Source: Corynebacterium minutissimum
Lineage (GTDB): Bacteria; Actinomycetota; Actinomycetes; Mycobacteriales; Mycobacteriaceae
Reading direction: 5' to 3'
DNA length: 64,000 nucleotides
Assembly (NCBI RefSeq): GCF_016889765.1
Contig: NZ_CP069533.1
Coordinates: 758,504-822,503 of the forward strand
Below are positions 30,401 to 37,663 of this stretch, piece by piece (the first letter of the stretch is position 1; each line of letters starts with the position of its first letter). The position numbers were made by a program, and so were the translations under genes. Under the pieces are notes generated by a model, which saw only the letters and a list, made by a program, of their open reading frames with translations, was not told the DNA's origin and made no database searches.

Positions 30401-30440
30401 GTCGAGGGAGGGCTGCGTTTGGGGCTTGGGCAGGCCGCAA
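21459..30440 (-). CDS. fas: Type I fatty acid synthase (FAS-I), actinobacterial multidomain enzyme
   Basis: A 2993-aa ORF. The N-terminus aligns to M. tuberculosis Fas (YALSFSGQGYTW vs YAVAFGGQGSAW). Domains are acyltransferase (GHSQG), enoyl reductase, dehydratase, MPT, ACP, KR and C-terminal KS (active-site ATACSS-like). Confidence 0.9.
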   Translation of the reverse strand: MRPAQAPNAALPRRSSSTRSACLGGIARVDIPNIAAPGVSAAPYALSFSGQGYTWLPTLREALAAGVRPQIAAYLADAEEILAPLSDALLPASPHGFAPLTWAESEPGFALSAPAVSTPGILCAQLAVMESVRAQGLDISNAVLSLGHSQGVLAAAVTTGRATPGEALAIARLIGAALTTTARIHGFVRTAQGAPMVAVDGATQEQLHELGAHIGLINGRERSVIVGTPEELARVRRTMAGEQVTFTDLDVDAAFHHPALAPAVEQVERWAADLELDLVLAGELARAVLTDTVDWPARVDEAVAAGARWILEIGPSRGVEPLTREAVAGRGVGTLAVGTAEGQAQLFAPGRASAVPAAWSDFAPRLVGGRLSSRFTEVTGYSPVMLPGMTPTTVDPEIVAAAANAGHWAELAGGGQHTEDILDQNLERLARLLAPGVNAQFNALYLSASQWRRQIEGQRAIPRSRAAGAPLNGVVISAGIPPHEEACDLVRRLHAENIPWVAFKPGTVEQIKQVLAIARAVSTTLIMQVEGGKAGGHHSAEDLDELLAATYDDIRRHPNVLLAVGGGIATPTQGAEYLTGEWSRRRGLPAAPVDAIMIGTAAMATAESTASASVKQALVAATEDDVTSGRSDLGASIHELDNSFAHAGRLLDAVAGDEELVSAHREEIAAALAQTCKPYFGDLDAMSYAEWLRRYVELSFHDGWTDESWCTRFEKIVARAEARLHDVDHGEIALQVTVDAADPAAAIDELVELYGDAALHPTDAAWFVSLLDGPGKPPGFVPIIDAAVRRRFRQDSLWQAHDEHFDADSVCIIPGTAGVEGIEYANEPVAQLLKRFEQATIDLLSAAPTPHLDAPAPTAEELLRRAPCLNWAGREQANPLRLNLPGATLEPVSTDPADFWFTVPLGVGARSAANADSTLRVRIAAPRVPGASPVVSAEDAASAMRELARVAAGGTLPEVDGGSATVTATLDAADMANYVSVTSAGSADGPVVPDVLVGTAWPAIFAVISVARTAGEHVVVGEPVVEGLLNLVHLAHSVELTEGAAGLLAAAAEPGADPLQVQATARLRGVWDTASGRVVEIAVRIDHDGNLARLRERFLIPGRVGTRVAPATDDSAEDSSEFIRETPRSFRHRRTVTAPESLRPFAVVTGDHNPIHVSANAAALAGLEDGPIVHGMWTSVLAQTAAAFDGARVLQWSATMLAPVRPGSEVELVVDRVGVDKRGGHGEVRSVTATSAGVVVLEARAVMSAPRTFYAFPGQGIQAPGMGMQEYGTSPAARAVWERADAHTRQHLGFSILEIVRNNPDIVVVRGTTYSHPDGVLYLTQFTQVAMATLGCAQIAALKEARVLDSTAAFGGHSVGEYNALAAYAEVLSLEAVLEIVYVRGLTMDRLVERDAEGYSRYGLGALRPHKMGMRADEVTDYIAETIEVTGEFLEVVNYNVAGRQYAIAGTVDGLIAIEENAEHWAPGERAFVPIPGIDVPFHSSRLVDGVDDFRAHLDELIPQDIDLDVLVGRYVPNLVARPFAVDRDFVEAIADVVDSPRIAAILEDFAAAAAHPHKLGRTLLVELLAWQFASPVRWIETQDLLLTPRGAHTAAGLPGLGIERFVEIGVGHAPTVANMMGQTLSLPEYDGVQVEVLNTERDHARVFAEDTEPAPARETVPTDEHSQPSQPTPQLAADELSATHTATPVAATEKVTDQPLSSQQAVEMLIALWTKVRPDQIAATDTIEGLVEGVSSRRNQLLLDLGVEFGIAAIDGAADMPVSELAQTVAQRAPGYHAFGPVLTEQVAQAVRRVTGPAGKKPGYIAERVNNEWGLGPGWVDRTLAELVLGSREGASLRGGELATLPVSAASTAQELDELIDASLVATATRADVTVARVPHASADTVVDPAALAAYTERLESALEDSARSLLEALGRDGTEHGDDAVRGEAAGHDEHLAELVAREVGPDWAQRVAPAFDAKKAVLFDDCWAYAREGLVRAAAAGVEDPPLDVLGAGAEVARMAEYLGYHHQAVDAEVPGEFLLHSGQVAVVTGSSPGSIGAEIISELLVEGATVIATTSQLTPDRLEFFKELYRTRAVGTAALWVVPANLNSFADIDALVEWIGSEQADTVGGKTTLRKPAFVPDLLFPFAAPRVSGTVAEAGPESEAQMRLLLWSVEKLIAGLSALGADTHLGHRLHVVLPGSPNRGRFGGDGAYGEAKAAFDALVQRWYSEQNTWGARTSLVHALIGWVRGTGLMAANDPLVDQVEARGVSTYSAKDMAMCLVDNAANEDILIQAAEGPVVMDFTGGLAGADLDLAKLSRDAVLGDVPPTPTKSPSPAPRTVKALPNVLAPLDWTTPSFDGVTQSLEDMVVIVGAGELGPLGTARTRFEVEVGGDLSAAGVLELAWSRGLVAWDDATAAWTTPEGETIAEEDIYDRFHDEVLAGIGVRRFHDDFGPHLPMVDNLAPELTTIYLEKPLTFAVEDEATARSFVDSCEGATMRRVLTSPGGEAEWQVTRPAGSAVRVPRRVAMTRFVGGQIPEGFDPAVYGIPADMLDSVDRLALWNLVCTVEAFLTAGFSPAELLAHVHPARVSSTQGTGMAGQEALRSLYVDKLLAHPRQHDILQEALPNVIAAHVMQSYVGGYGQMVHPVAACATAAVSVEEAVDKLRLHKADVVVAGGIDALSVEGITGFGDMAATADSSEMEAKGIEHRFFSRANDRRRGGFVESEGGGTLLLARGSLAAELGLPVLGVVGFAESFADGAHTSIPAPGLGALSAARGGADSRLARSLTELGVSPDDIAVVSKHDTSTSANDPNESDLHERIARALGRSDGNPLYVISQKTLTGHAKGGAAAFQLIGLCQVLRGGIVPPNRSLDCVDPELRRHEHLVWLRQPLDLRRTPPKAGLVTSLGFGHVSALIAVVHPEAFVSALVAECGDDTALAWRERAEARERSGLRRLEDAMRGGSALYQRPVDRNLGGGPAAEVKEREAAVLLSEGARMRNGVLEPDAERG

Positions 30441-30569
30441 AAGACCTGGCAGGCGTGGTCCGGAACTACCTCGGCGGAGCGGGACAGGCCACGCTCGGCG
30501 AGGTACTCGTCAAAGAACATATCGATACTCATACCGACATCAGATTCTACCCACTAGGATCAATGCGTC

Positions 30570-31337
30570 ATGGCCTCTCGCACCCCCTTCTTTCTCGCTG
30601 CTCAACTCAACGTCCTCGTTGCTGCATTGGTGGTGTGCGGCCTGCTACTTCCCTCCCCTGCCGAGCAACCAGACACTGCGCAGGGCAACGCGCCCTCATC
30701 TACGCGCGAGCACCCTACGCACGCCCCTTCCCCGGACAGCCCTGAGGTTGACACAGACAGTCCCGCGGCGGCCGACGCCCTGGCTGCGCTGGATTCCTTG
30801 GAAGTCAAAGGCCGCGCGCCGATGACGGGTTACGATCGCGCGCACTTTGGGCAGGCGTGGTCCGACGATGTCACCGTCGAGTTTGGCCATAACGGCTGCG
30901 ATACTCGCAACGACATCCTCCGCCGTGACCTGGACAATCTTGTCATCAAAGAGGGCACCTTTGACTGTGTAGCGATGTCCGGCACGCTGCATGACCCGTA
31001 CTCTGGGCAGGTCATCGACTTTCAGCGCGGGGCGGGGACATCCGAGGCTGTACAGATTGACCACGTTGTCGCGCTGGCCGACGCCTGGCAGAAAGGCGCC
31101 CAGCACTGGTCACCCGAGCAGCGCCGCAATTTTGCTAATGATCCACGCAACCTCCTCGCCGTCGACGGGCCACTCAACCAGCACAAAGGCGCCGGCGATG
31201 CCGCCACGTGGCTACCTCCCCATCGGGCCTTCCGCTGCGAGTACGCGCAGCGCATCGTCGACGTGAAGGCGGCGTATGGCGTGTGGGTAACCGAAGCAGA
31301 GAAAGAAGCGCTCAGCCGCCTGCTGCAGGAGTGCTAA
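30570..31337 (+). CDS. Secreted DUF1524/HNH-like nuclease-domain protein (GmrSD C-terminal-domain family)
   Basis: N-terminal signal/transmembrane segment. TGYDRAHFGQAWSDDVTVEFGHNGCDTRNDIL ... IDHVVALADAW resembles DUF1524. Confidence 0.55.
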   Translation: MASRTPFFLAAQLNVLVAALVVCGLLLPSPAEQPDTAQGNAPSSTREHPTHAPSPDSPEVDTDSPAAADALAALDSLEVKGRAPMTGYDRAHFGQAWSDDVTVEFGHNGCDTRNDILRRDLDNLVIKEGTFDCVAMSGTLHDPYSGQVIDFQRGAGTSEAVQIDHVVALADAWQKGAQHWSPEQRRNFANDPRNLLAVDGPLNQHKGAGDAATWLPPHRAFRCEYAQRIVDVKAAYGVWVTEAEKEALSRLLQEC

Positions 31338-31343
31338 AGACAG

Positions 31344-31378
31344 TAAAAGGGCCTTCCCGGTATATCGGGAAGGCCTTT
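31344..31378. terminator. Bidirectional hairpin between convergent genes
   Basis: AAAGGGCCTTCCCG-gtatat-CGGGAAGGCCTTT. Confidence 0.5.
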
Positions 31379-31399
31379 CATCATTGCTACGAGCAGTGT

Positions 31400-32602
31400 T
31401 TAGTTGCCGTTGTTGTTCTGGTTGAGCTGGTTGCGCAACTGGTTGAAATAATCACGCGCGGACTGCGGCTGGGCGTTGCCCTGCGGAGGCGTGGGGAAGC
31501 CCGGCATGTTACCGAAGCCCTGCTGCTGTGCATTCTGGACATGTTCTTGGGCCTGCTGCTGAGCGCGCTTAGCTTGTTCCATGACTTCAGCGTCACGGCT
31601 GGCGCGCTCGTCTCGTTCACGCCGCTCCTTCTCCTCTCGCCGGCGGCGCGCTTCGGCGAAGTCCTCGCGGCTGCGCTTCGCCTCCCCGGCGGGCACGGAC
31701 GGCTTCGGAGCGGAGTTGATGGCGTCGGTCGACAGGAGCGTGTCGCGCATGCCGCTGAAGAGGTCCTGCATGCCGCCCGGGTTAGACGGCATGTAGAGCA
31801 CGTTGGTGTGCGCACGGTCCGCCACATCCACCATGGCGTCAAGGTACTGAGATACCAGCATGAGGGTCTCTGGGTTCTCCTCCACACCGGCGGCACGCAG
31901 CAGCTCGTACTGCTGAGCGATACCTTCGACAATTTCCTTACGCTGGTCAGCCACACCGCGACCCTGTAGCTTCTTGGCCTCGGCCGCACCTTCGGCTTCC
32001 TTGACCACGCGAATCTTCTCAGCCTCTGCCTGGGCTACGGCAGCCTCGCGTTCACGCTGTGCTGCGTTAATGGAGTTCATGGACTCACGCACACGGGCAT
32101 CCGGGCGAATATCGGTGACAAGGGTGTTGACGAAGTTCCAGCCGTAGGCAGCCATGTTGTCGCGCAGGGACATAGCCACGTTGCGGGCAATGGTGTCCTT
32201 GGAAGAGAAGGAATCATCCAGGTTCATGTTCGCCACAGACGAGCGAACGTTGTCCTGCACATAAGCCACAATCTGCTGCTCATGGTTGGACAAGGTGTAG
32301 AAAGCCTGACGCTCGCTGCCTTGGACCACCTCATACTGCACGGCCACAGGAATCTGGACGAAGACGTTGTCCTTGGTCTTAGTCTCCACCATGACGTCAA
32401 GCTGGCGAATCTGCAGACTGATCTTGGCGCGGACGCGGTCGACCAACGGCACCTTGAGGTGCAAGCCCGCGTGGGCAACGTTGACGAACTTACCCATCCG
32501 CTCAATGATGGCAGCTTCCTTCGTACGGACGATGAAGAAGCCGTCGAAGGCGAGGGCGGCGAGAAGCAGGACTATCACGCCAAAGACAATGAGGGGACCC
32601 AT
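31400..32602 (-). CDS. SPFH/band-7 (stomatin/prohibitin-like) membrane protein with a Q/N-rich C-terminal tail
   Basis: N-terminal transmembrane segment, then SPFH core (IVRTKEAAIIERMGKF...). A coiled-coil region follows, then a low-complexity QQQAQ...NQNNNGN tail. Confidence 0.8.
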   Translation of the reverse strand: MGPLIVFGVIVLLLAALAFDGFFIVRTKEAAIIERMGKFVNVAHAGLHLKVPLVDRVRAKISLQIRQLDVMVETKTKDNVFVQIPVAVQYEVVQGSERQAFYTLSNHEQQIVAYVQDNVRSSVANMNLDDSFSSKDTIARNVAMSLRDNMAAYGWNFVNTLVTDIRPDARVRESMNSINAAQREREAAVAQAEAEKIRVVKEAEGAAEAKKLQGRGVADQRKEIVEGIAQQYELLRAAGVEENPETLMLVSQYLDAMVDVADRAHTNVLYMPSNPGGMQDLFSGMRDTLLSTDAINSAPKPSVPAGEAKRSREDFAEARRRREEKERRERDERASRDAEVMEQAKRAQQQAQEHVQNAQQQGFGNMPGFPTPPQGNAQPQSARDYFNQLRNQLNQNNNGN

Positions 32603-32765
32603 GGATTAGCCTTTCTAGGATCAGTTCACTTTTCGCAACTATTTTGCCATAACGTGACACCCGCCACGAGGCGGTGCGGAGCACTCCCCAGCAATCGTTG
32701 CTAACTATTAATACTTAATACTGCTGTGCCCAGAGTGCCCTAGCCGTTCACCCTAGCGCTCGTCC

Positions 32766-34016
32766 TTAATGCTCGTCGGCCAACCGGAAGAGCTCGCCCA
32801 GAATCCCCGAACCGTCCTCAGCAATCCCATTGTGCTGGAAGCGATTCGTCACCATCGGGCGCAGGTCACGGTAGGTCTCCCCCGTAGCCATTGAATCCTC
32901 GAAGGGGACGAAGATGTCGTCCAGGTAGATGGCGGCAGCGGCTACCAGGGGGCCGTCGGCAAGCACTGCGTCATCGTACGGCGAGCTGGTCCACTCATGC
33001 GCAGCCAGCTCCTCCGCGCCTTCTTTGAAAGGGCGTAACGCCGGGTCCTCGTCGAATTGCCAGGGGAAGATGTGTTCGCCGGTAAGGTACGTGCCGTCCT
33101 CGGCAAACTCGGGAAACTCCTCGCGCATGCGGTGCGCCGCCCAGCCGGTGACGGCCTGGCCGCCGACGCCACCGTAGATGGATTCATGGATCGCCGCGTA
33201 CAGCGGCCCGGCCTGGAAGCTCACGCGGCTGCCGACGTTGTTGAGGAAGTCTGAACGCAAGCGCTTCTCCCCGCCCACGGTGCGGAACGGTTCCTCCAGC
33301 AGGTAGGCCAGAGAATCGAAGCCAGTGCCGCGCCCCAATTCAATACCGATGGTGCGGAAGCGGCGCGCAGACAGGCGCTCACCCGTGGGCAGGAGTTCTT
33401 CCGAGTTGTCCAGGTGGTGGATAATCTCTTCGATGCGTTTTTGAGCCCACGGAAATTGGTTGTAAAAGCGCTCGTGACGGACCTTGAGCTTGGCAAAGGT
33501 CGTGCGGTAGAGATCGTCCGCGCCCTTGGTCAGGGTAGGAAGGCCACCAGTAAGGAAGGCCCGGCCGATAGACTCCGTGAACATCGAAGCATAGGCCGTA
33601 ATGATGAAGCCGCCGAAGGACTGGCCGAAGAGATCCCAGGACTCCTCCCCCAGGTGCTCACGTAGGCGTTCGGCATCACGCACGATGTTGTCCTGGCGCA
33701 ACTGCGCCAAGCGCTGCGCGGTGCGGTCCTCGGCAGGGCTCAGTTCATCAATGCGGTGGCTGCGCCCAGTGCCGCGCTGGTCCATGAGGATCCAACGGTA
33801 GCGCTCCAGGCCCTTCCCGATGAGCCCGGTGGCGCCAACCGGCCGCGGAGACGGGAAACCCGGCCCGCCCTGGTTATAGAGCAGTGCCGGGTAGTTCTCA
33901 CCGCCCGGTGGGATGATCTCGCGCGCGTAGAGTTCGAAAGAACCGGCGGCGGGATTGTCATAATCCCAGGGGACGGTAAGGATGTGTTCCTTGATGGTGT
34001 GGCCGAAGCGTTTCAT
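32766..34016 (-). CDS. Alpha/beta hydrolase, S33 proline-iminopeptidase-like
   Basis: LYNQGGPGFPS, and the nucleophile elbow GQSFGG. Start set at the ATG at 34016, immediately after the pflA stop. An upstream alternative exists. Confidence 0.6.
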   Translation of the reverse strand: MKRFGHTIKEHILTVPWDYDNPAAGSFELYAREIIPPGGENYPALLYNQGGPGFPSPRPVGATGLIGKGLERYRWILMDQRGTGRSHRIDELSPAEDRTAQRLAQLRQDNIVRDAERLREHLGEESWDLFGQSFGGFIITAYASMFTESIGRAFLTGGLPTLTKGADDLYRTTFAKLKVRHERFYNQFPWAQKRIEEIIHHLDNSEELLPTGERLSARRFRTIGIELGRGTGFDSLAYLLEEPFRTVGGEKRLRSDFLNNVGSRVSFQAGPLYAAIHESIYGGVGGQAVTGWAAHRMREEFPEFAEDGTYLTGEHIFPWQFDEDPALRPFKEGAEELAAHEWTSSPYDDAVLADGPLVAAAAIYLDDIFVPFEDSMATGETYRDLRPMVTNRFQHNGIAEDGSGILGELFRLADEH

Positions 34017-34020
34017 GCTT

Positions 34021-34890
34021 CTAGTAGACCACGAAACCCTCCTTACGGAACGCATCTCGGACAGATTCAACGTCTTCCGGTTTAGGCGGCTTGGTGTCCT
34101 CCAAAGTGTAGGGCATGTTGAGCTCACGCCACTTATCTGCGCCCATGTTGTGGAAAGGCAGCACCTCGACTCGCTCGACGTTGCTCTTCCAGCGGGAGGC
34201 AATCTTGACCACGTTGGCGACATTCTCCGGGGAATCCGTCAGGCCAGGGACGAGCACGAAACGAATCCACACCGGCTTGCCCATCTCATTGAGACGGTCA
34301 CCGAAGTCGATGGTGGGTTGCAGCTCGCGGCGCGTGACTTCCTTGTAAGTCTCCTCGTCACCAGCCTTGACGTCCAAGAGAACGAGGTCAATGTTGTCCA
34401 AGTCCTCGTCGCGCAGGCGCGCGCCCAAGTATCCCGACGTGTCAATCGTCGTATGGATACCCGCGTCGTGGACCTCCTTGAGCAAGCGCCGGGCAAACGC
34501 AATCTGGAACAGCGCTTCGCCGCCAGACATAGTCAGACCACCTCCGGAGGAGTTGAAGACAGGCTTATAGCGCTTGATGCGCTTCACCACGTCTTCAATG
34601 CGCTCCAGAGTGCCGACCTTCATTTCCATCGTGTCAGGGTTGTGGCAGTACTGGCAGCGCAGCGGGCATCCCGACATGAACAAAGTCATGCGGGTTCCAG
34701 GGCCATCAACGGCGGTCACCAGCTCCCAAGAGTGAACGAGGGCAATGTCGCCAGAACGGCGTGCCTGCATCAACTCCGGGCGGCTGAACTCGTCGAGGTC
34801 ATTATCTGTGCCCAAACCGGCGGCGGCGCCGCGCACCTTGTCACCCTCTTCAGGGGACAGGTGGACGACGCCGGTAATGCCATCTGCCAT
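34021..34890 (-). CDS. pflA: Pyruvate formate-lyase activating enzyme (glycyl-radical activase, radical SAM)
   Basis: CPLRCQYCHNPDT is the CxxxCxxC radical-SAM motif found near the N-terminus of glycyl-radical activases. Confidence 0.85.
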   Translation of the reverse strand: MADGITGVVHLSPEEGDKVRGAAAGLGTDNDLDEFSRPELMQARRSGDIALVHSWELVTAVDGPGTRMTLFMSGCPLRCQYCHNPDTMEMKVGTLERIEDVVKRIKRYKPVFNSSGGGLTMSGGEALFQIAFARRLLKEVHDAGIHTTIDTSGYLGARLRDEDLDNIDLVLLDVKAGDEETYKEVTRRELQPTIDFGDRLNEMGKPVWIRFVLVPGLTDSPENVANVVKIASRWKSNVERVEVLPFHNMGADKWRELNMPYTLEDTKPPKPEDVESVRDAFRKEGFVVY

Positions 34891-35142
34891 CTAGGAGCCC
34901 TGGTGGAAGGTACGGGAGATGACGTCGAGCTGCTGCTCGCGGGTCAGCTTGACGAAGTTCACTGCGTAGCCAGACACGCGGACAGTGAGGTTCGGGTACT
35001 TCTCCGGGTGCTCAACAGCGTCCTCCAGGGTGGACTTGTCCAGGACGTTGATGTTGGCGTGGTACAGGCCCGAGTCCATGTTGTTGGCGGTGCGGTTTGC
35101 CTTCATGGTTGCGAGACGCTCGTCGAAAGTTGGGGTAGCCAT
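34891..35142 (-). CDS. Stand-alone glycyl-radical domain protein (GrcA/YfiD-like). Appears to be the detached C-terminal domain of PflB.
   Basis: [28 protein letters not shown] is the PFL glycine-radical signature RVSGY. Start at ATG 35142 with an AAAGGAG ribosome-binding site 8 nt upstream. 83 aa. Confidence 0.7.
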   Translation of the reverse strand: MATPTFDERLATMKANRTANNMDSGLYHANINVLDKSTLEDAVEHPEKYPNLTVRVSGYAVNFVKLTREQQLDVISRTFHQGS

Positions 35143-35179
35143 GATGTTTTCTCCTTTTCGGAAGTGGTGTGAAAGTGGT

Positions 35180-37273
35180 TTACTTGGAATCCATGATGAA
35201 GCCGGCGTCGAGGACACCCACCAGGTTGGTGATGCGTTCCTCAGGCGTGCGGCCCAAACCGGACGGGGTGATGGTGTTCGTCAGCGAGATGCCGTCGAGC
35301 GCATCCTTGTAGTCCAGCTTGCCCACCGACAGCATGGAAGCGACCATGCCGTGGTTGTCTGCGCCGTTCTCCGGGTTTGCGCCCGGGGCGAACGGAGTAC
35401 CTGCCTCGTGGCCAGACGGGAAGGAACCAGTAGCCTTGCCGTAGACCACGTTGGAGGTAATGGTCAGCACAGACTGGGTCGGGATGGCGTTGCGGTACAT
35501 CGGGATGGCCTTAATCTTCGCCATCACGGTGTGGACGATGGTGGCGGCGATGTCATCGGCGCGGTCATCATCGTTGCCATAGAACGGGAAGTCACCTTCC
35601 GTCTTGTAGTCCACGATGAGACCAGTCTCATCGCGCACCGGGTAGACCTTGGCGTACTTGATGGCGGAGAGGGAGTCAGCCACGATGGACAGACCCGCGA
35701 TACCGCAGCCCATGGAGCGCACAATGTCGGAATCGTGCAGTGCCATCTCGATGGACTCGTAGGCGTACTTGTCGTGGCAGTAGTGGATGATGTTGAGGGC
35801 CTCAACGTAGGTGCCCACAACCCAGTCCAGCATCTCCTCGTACTTCTGCCAGACCTCGTCGAAGTCCAGCGGGCCATCGCCCTGGATAGCCTCGTAGCCG
35901 TCCACGACTTGCTTTCCGCTGACCTCGTCGCGGCCTCCGTTGATGGCGTAGAGCAGGGCCTTAGCGGCGTTCACGCGGGCGCCGAAGAACTGCATCTGCT
36001 TGCCGACGGCCATCGGGGACACGCAGCAGGCAATCGCGGCGTCATCGCCCCACTGTTCACGAATCTGCTTATCGGACTCGTACTGGATGGACGAGGTCTC
36101 AATCGAGATGTGGGCACAGAATTCCTTGTAGCCCTCCGGCAGCTGCGGATCCCAGAAAATGGTGATGTTCGGCTCCGGTGACGGGCCAAGGTTGACCAGG
36201 GTCTGCAGCAAACGGAAGGAGGTCTTGGTGACTAGGTGGCGGCCGTCAGAACCGAAACCAGCATCGGTCCAGGTTGCCCAGTAGGGGTCACCGGAGAAGA
36301 TCTGGTCGTAATCCTCGGTACGCAGGAAGCGCACGATACGCAGCTTGAGGACCAGCTGGTCGATGATCTCCTGAGCGTCTTCCTCAGTGATGATGCCAGC
36401 GGCAAGGTCGCGCTCGAAGTAGCAATCGAAGAAGGCGGAGAGGCGGCCGATGGACATGGCGGCGCCGTCCTGGGACTTAATGGAAGCCAAGTAGCCAAAG
36501 TAGGTCCACTGAACAGCTTCGTGAGCGGTCTTAGCCGGCTTGGAGATGTCAAAGCCGTAGGACTCAGCCATGACCTTAAGCTTCTTCAGAGCCTTGATCT
36601 GCTCGGCGTGCTCCTCACGGTAGCGAGCCCAGTGCTCGGAGAATCCGACATCGCCCACTGCATGCTTGGACGCTTCCTTCTCAGCGATGAGGTAGTCCAC
36701 ACCGTAGAGAGCCACACGGCGGTAGTCGCCAATGATGCGGCCACGGCCATAAGCATCCGGCAGACCGGTAATGATGTGGGAAGAACGAGCAGCGCGGATG
36801 CGCGGGGTGTAGATATCGAAGACGGCATCATTGTGCGTCTTGCGGTAGCGGGTGAAGATCTTCTCCACCTCGGGGTCGGTTTCCTTACCGGCCTCCTTGA
36901 TAGCCTGCTTGACCATGCGCCAGCCACCATTCGGCATCATGGCGCGCTTCAGCGGGGTATCCGTTTGCAGGCCAACAATGACGTCGTCCTCTTCGCAAAT
37001 GTAGCCAGCCGGGAAAGCGTCAATATCAGTTGGGGTGTGGGTGTCGACATCGAAGATGCGCTTCTTGCGCTCGATGGACAGGTAGTTTTCTTCCAGGTGC
37101 TCCCAGACGCGCTTGGTCTTTTCGGTCGGGCCCTCCAAGAAGGAAGCATCTCCGTCATAGGGGGTGTAGTTGCGCTGGATGAAATCGCGGACGTCGATGT
37201 TCTCGGTCCACGGGCCTTCTTCAAAGCCCTTCCATCCCTCAAACTGGACGGATTGCTCAGTTGCGGTGGTCAC
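35180..37273 (-). CDS. pflB: Formate C-acetyltransferase (pyruvate formate-lyase) catalytic protein, lacking the C-terminal glycyl-radical domain
   Basis: Collinear with E. coli PflB throughout, including the Cys-Cys active site AIACCVSPM. Ends at ...[15 protein letters not shown], just before the glycyl-radical domain. GTG start with a GAAGGGAG ribosome-binding site. Confidence 0.8.
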   Translation of the reverse strand: MTTATEQSVQFEGWKGFEEGPWTENIDVRDFIQRNYTPYDGDASFLEGPTEKTKRVWEHLEENYLSIERKKRIFDVDTHTPTDIDAFPAGYICEEDDVIVGLQTDTPLKRAMMPNGGWRMVKQAIKEAGKETDPEVEKIFTRYRKTHNDAVFDIYTPRIRAARSSHIITGLPDAYGRGRIIGDYRRVALYGVDYLIAEKEASKHAVGDVGFSEHWARYREEHAEQIKALKKLKVMAESYGFDISKPAKTAHEAVQWTYFGYLASIKSQDGAAMSIGRLSAFFDCYFERDLAAGIITEEDAQEIIDQLVLKLRIVRFLRTEDYDQIFSGDPYWATWTDAGFGSDGRHLVTKTSFRLLQTLVNLGPSPEPNITIFWDPQLPEGYKEFCAHISIETSSIQYESDKQIREQWGDDAAIACCVSPMAVGKQMQFFGARVNAAKALLYAINGGRDEVSGKQVVDGYEAIQGDGPLDFDEVWQKYEEMLDWVVGTYVEALNIIHYCHDKYAYESIEMALHDSDIVRSMGCGIAGLSIVADSLSAIKYAKVYPVRDETGLIVDYKTEGDFPFYGNDDDRADDIAATIVHTVMAKIKAIPMYRNAIPTQSVLTITSNVVYGKATGSFPSGHEAGTPFAPGANPENGADNHGMVASMLSVGKLDYKDALDGISLTNTITPSGLGRTPEERITNLVGVLDAGFIMDSK

Positions 37274-37304
37274 TATAATGACTCCCTTCGTACTTCATAC
37301 GACG

Positions 37305-37322
37305 TGTGGAAAATCTGCCACA
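37305..37322. promoter_or_regulatory. CRP/FNR-family-like palindrome in the pflB leader
   Basis: TGTGG-aaaatctg-CCACA, 30-50 nt upstream of the pflB start. The spacing is non-canonical for GlxR (TGTGA-N6-TCACA). Confidence 0.2.
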
Positions 37323-37663
37323 GAAGGGTTTTGGTGACTCCAGTTCACGGGCAATTCGGTCATCACGGTTGTCACCGAACCCCTCTCTGCAGCCCATAGT
37401 AAGGGCAAAGCCGTTTTAACTCATATCGTGCGTTTTATGAGGTAAATCACTAAAAACACCGCACAGTGGCCACCCCGCAGGTCGCCGGATCCATAGGTAA
37501 CGACCGTACTGTTGACTCGCGGGGGTGGACCACCCCCTAAAGTGGCATTCACCACAGTTTTTCGCGTTCATTGGGCGAGCTGAATCCGCTTCTTGGTGTG
37601 TATCCACACCGCGCTCTATTGTTATGCGCAGTATCCTCGTCTCGCCCTCAAGGAGCTCTTCGC

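Noticed and set aside
35140-35220. Split PflB as a sequencing frameshift
   Set aside because: Neither frame gives a continuous PflB-like sequence across the junction. The downstream ORF has its own strong ribosome-binding site, its own ATG and about 23 extra residues. A substitution or indel origin cannot be fully excluded without reads.
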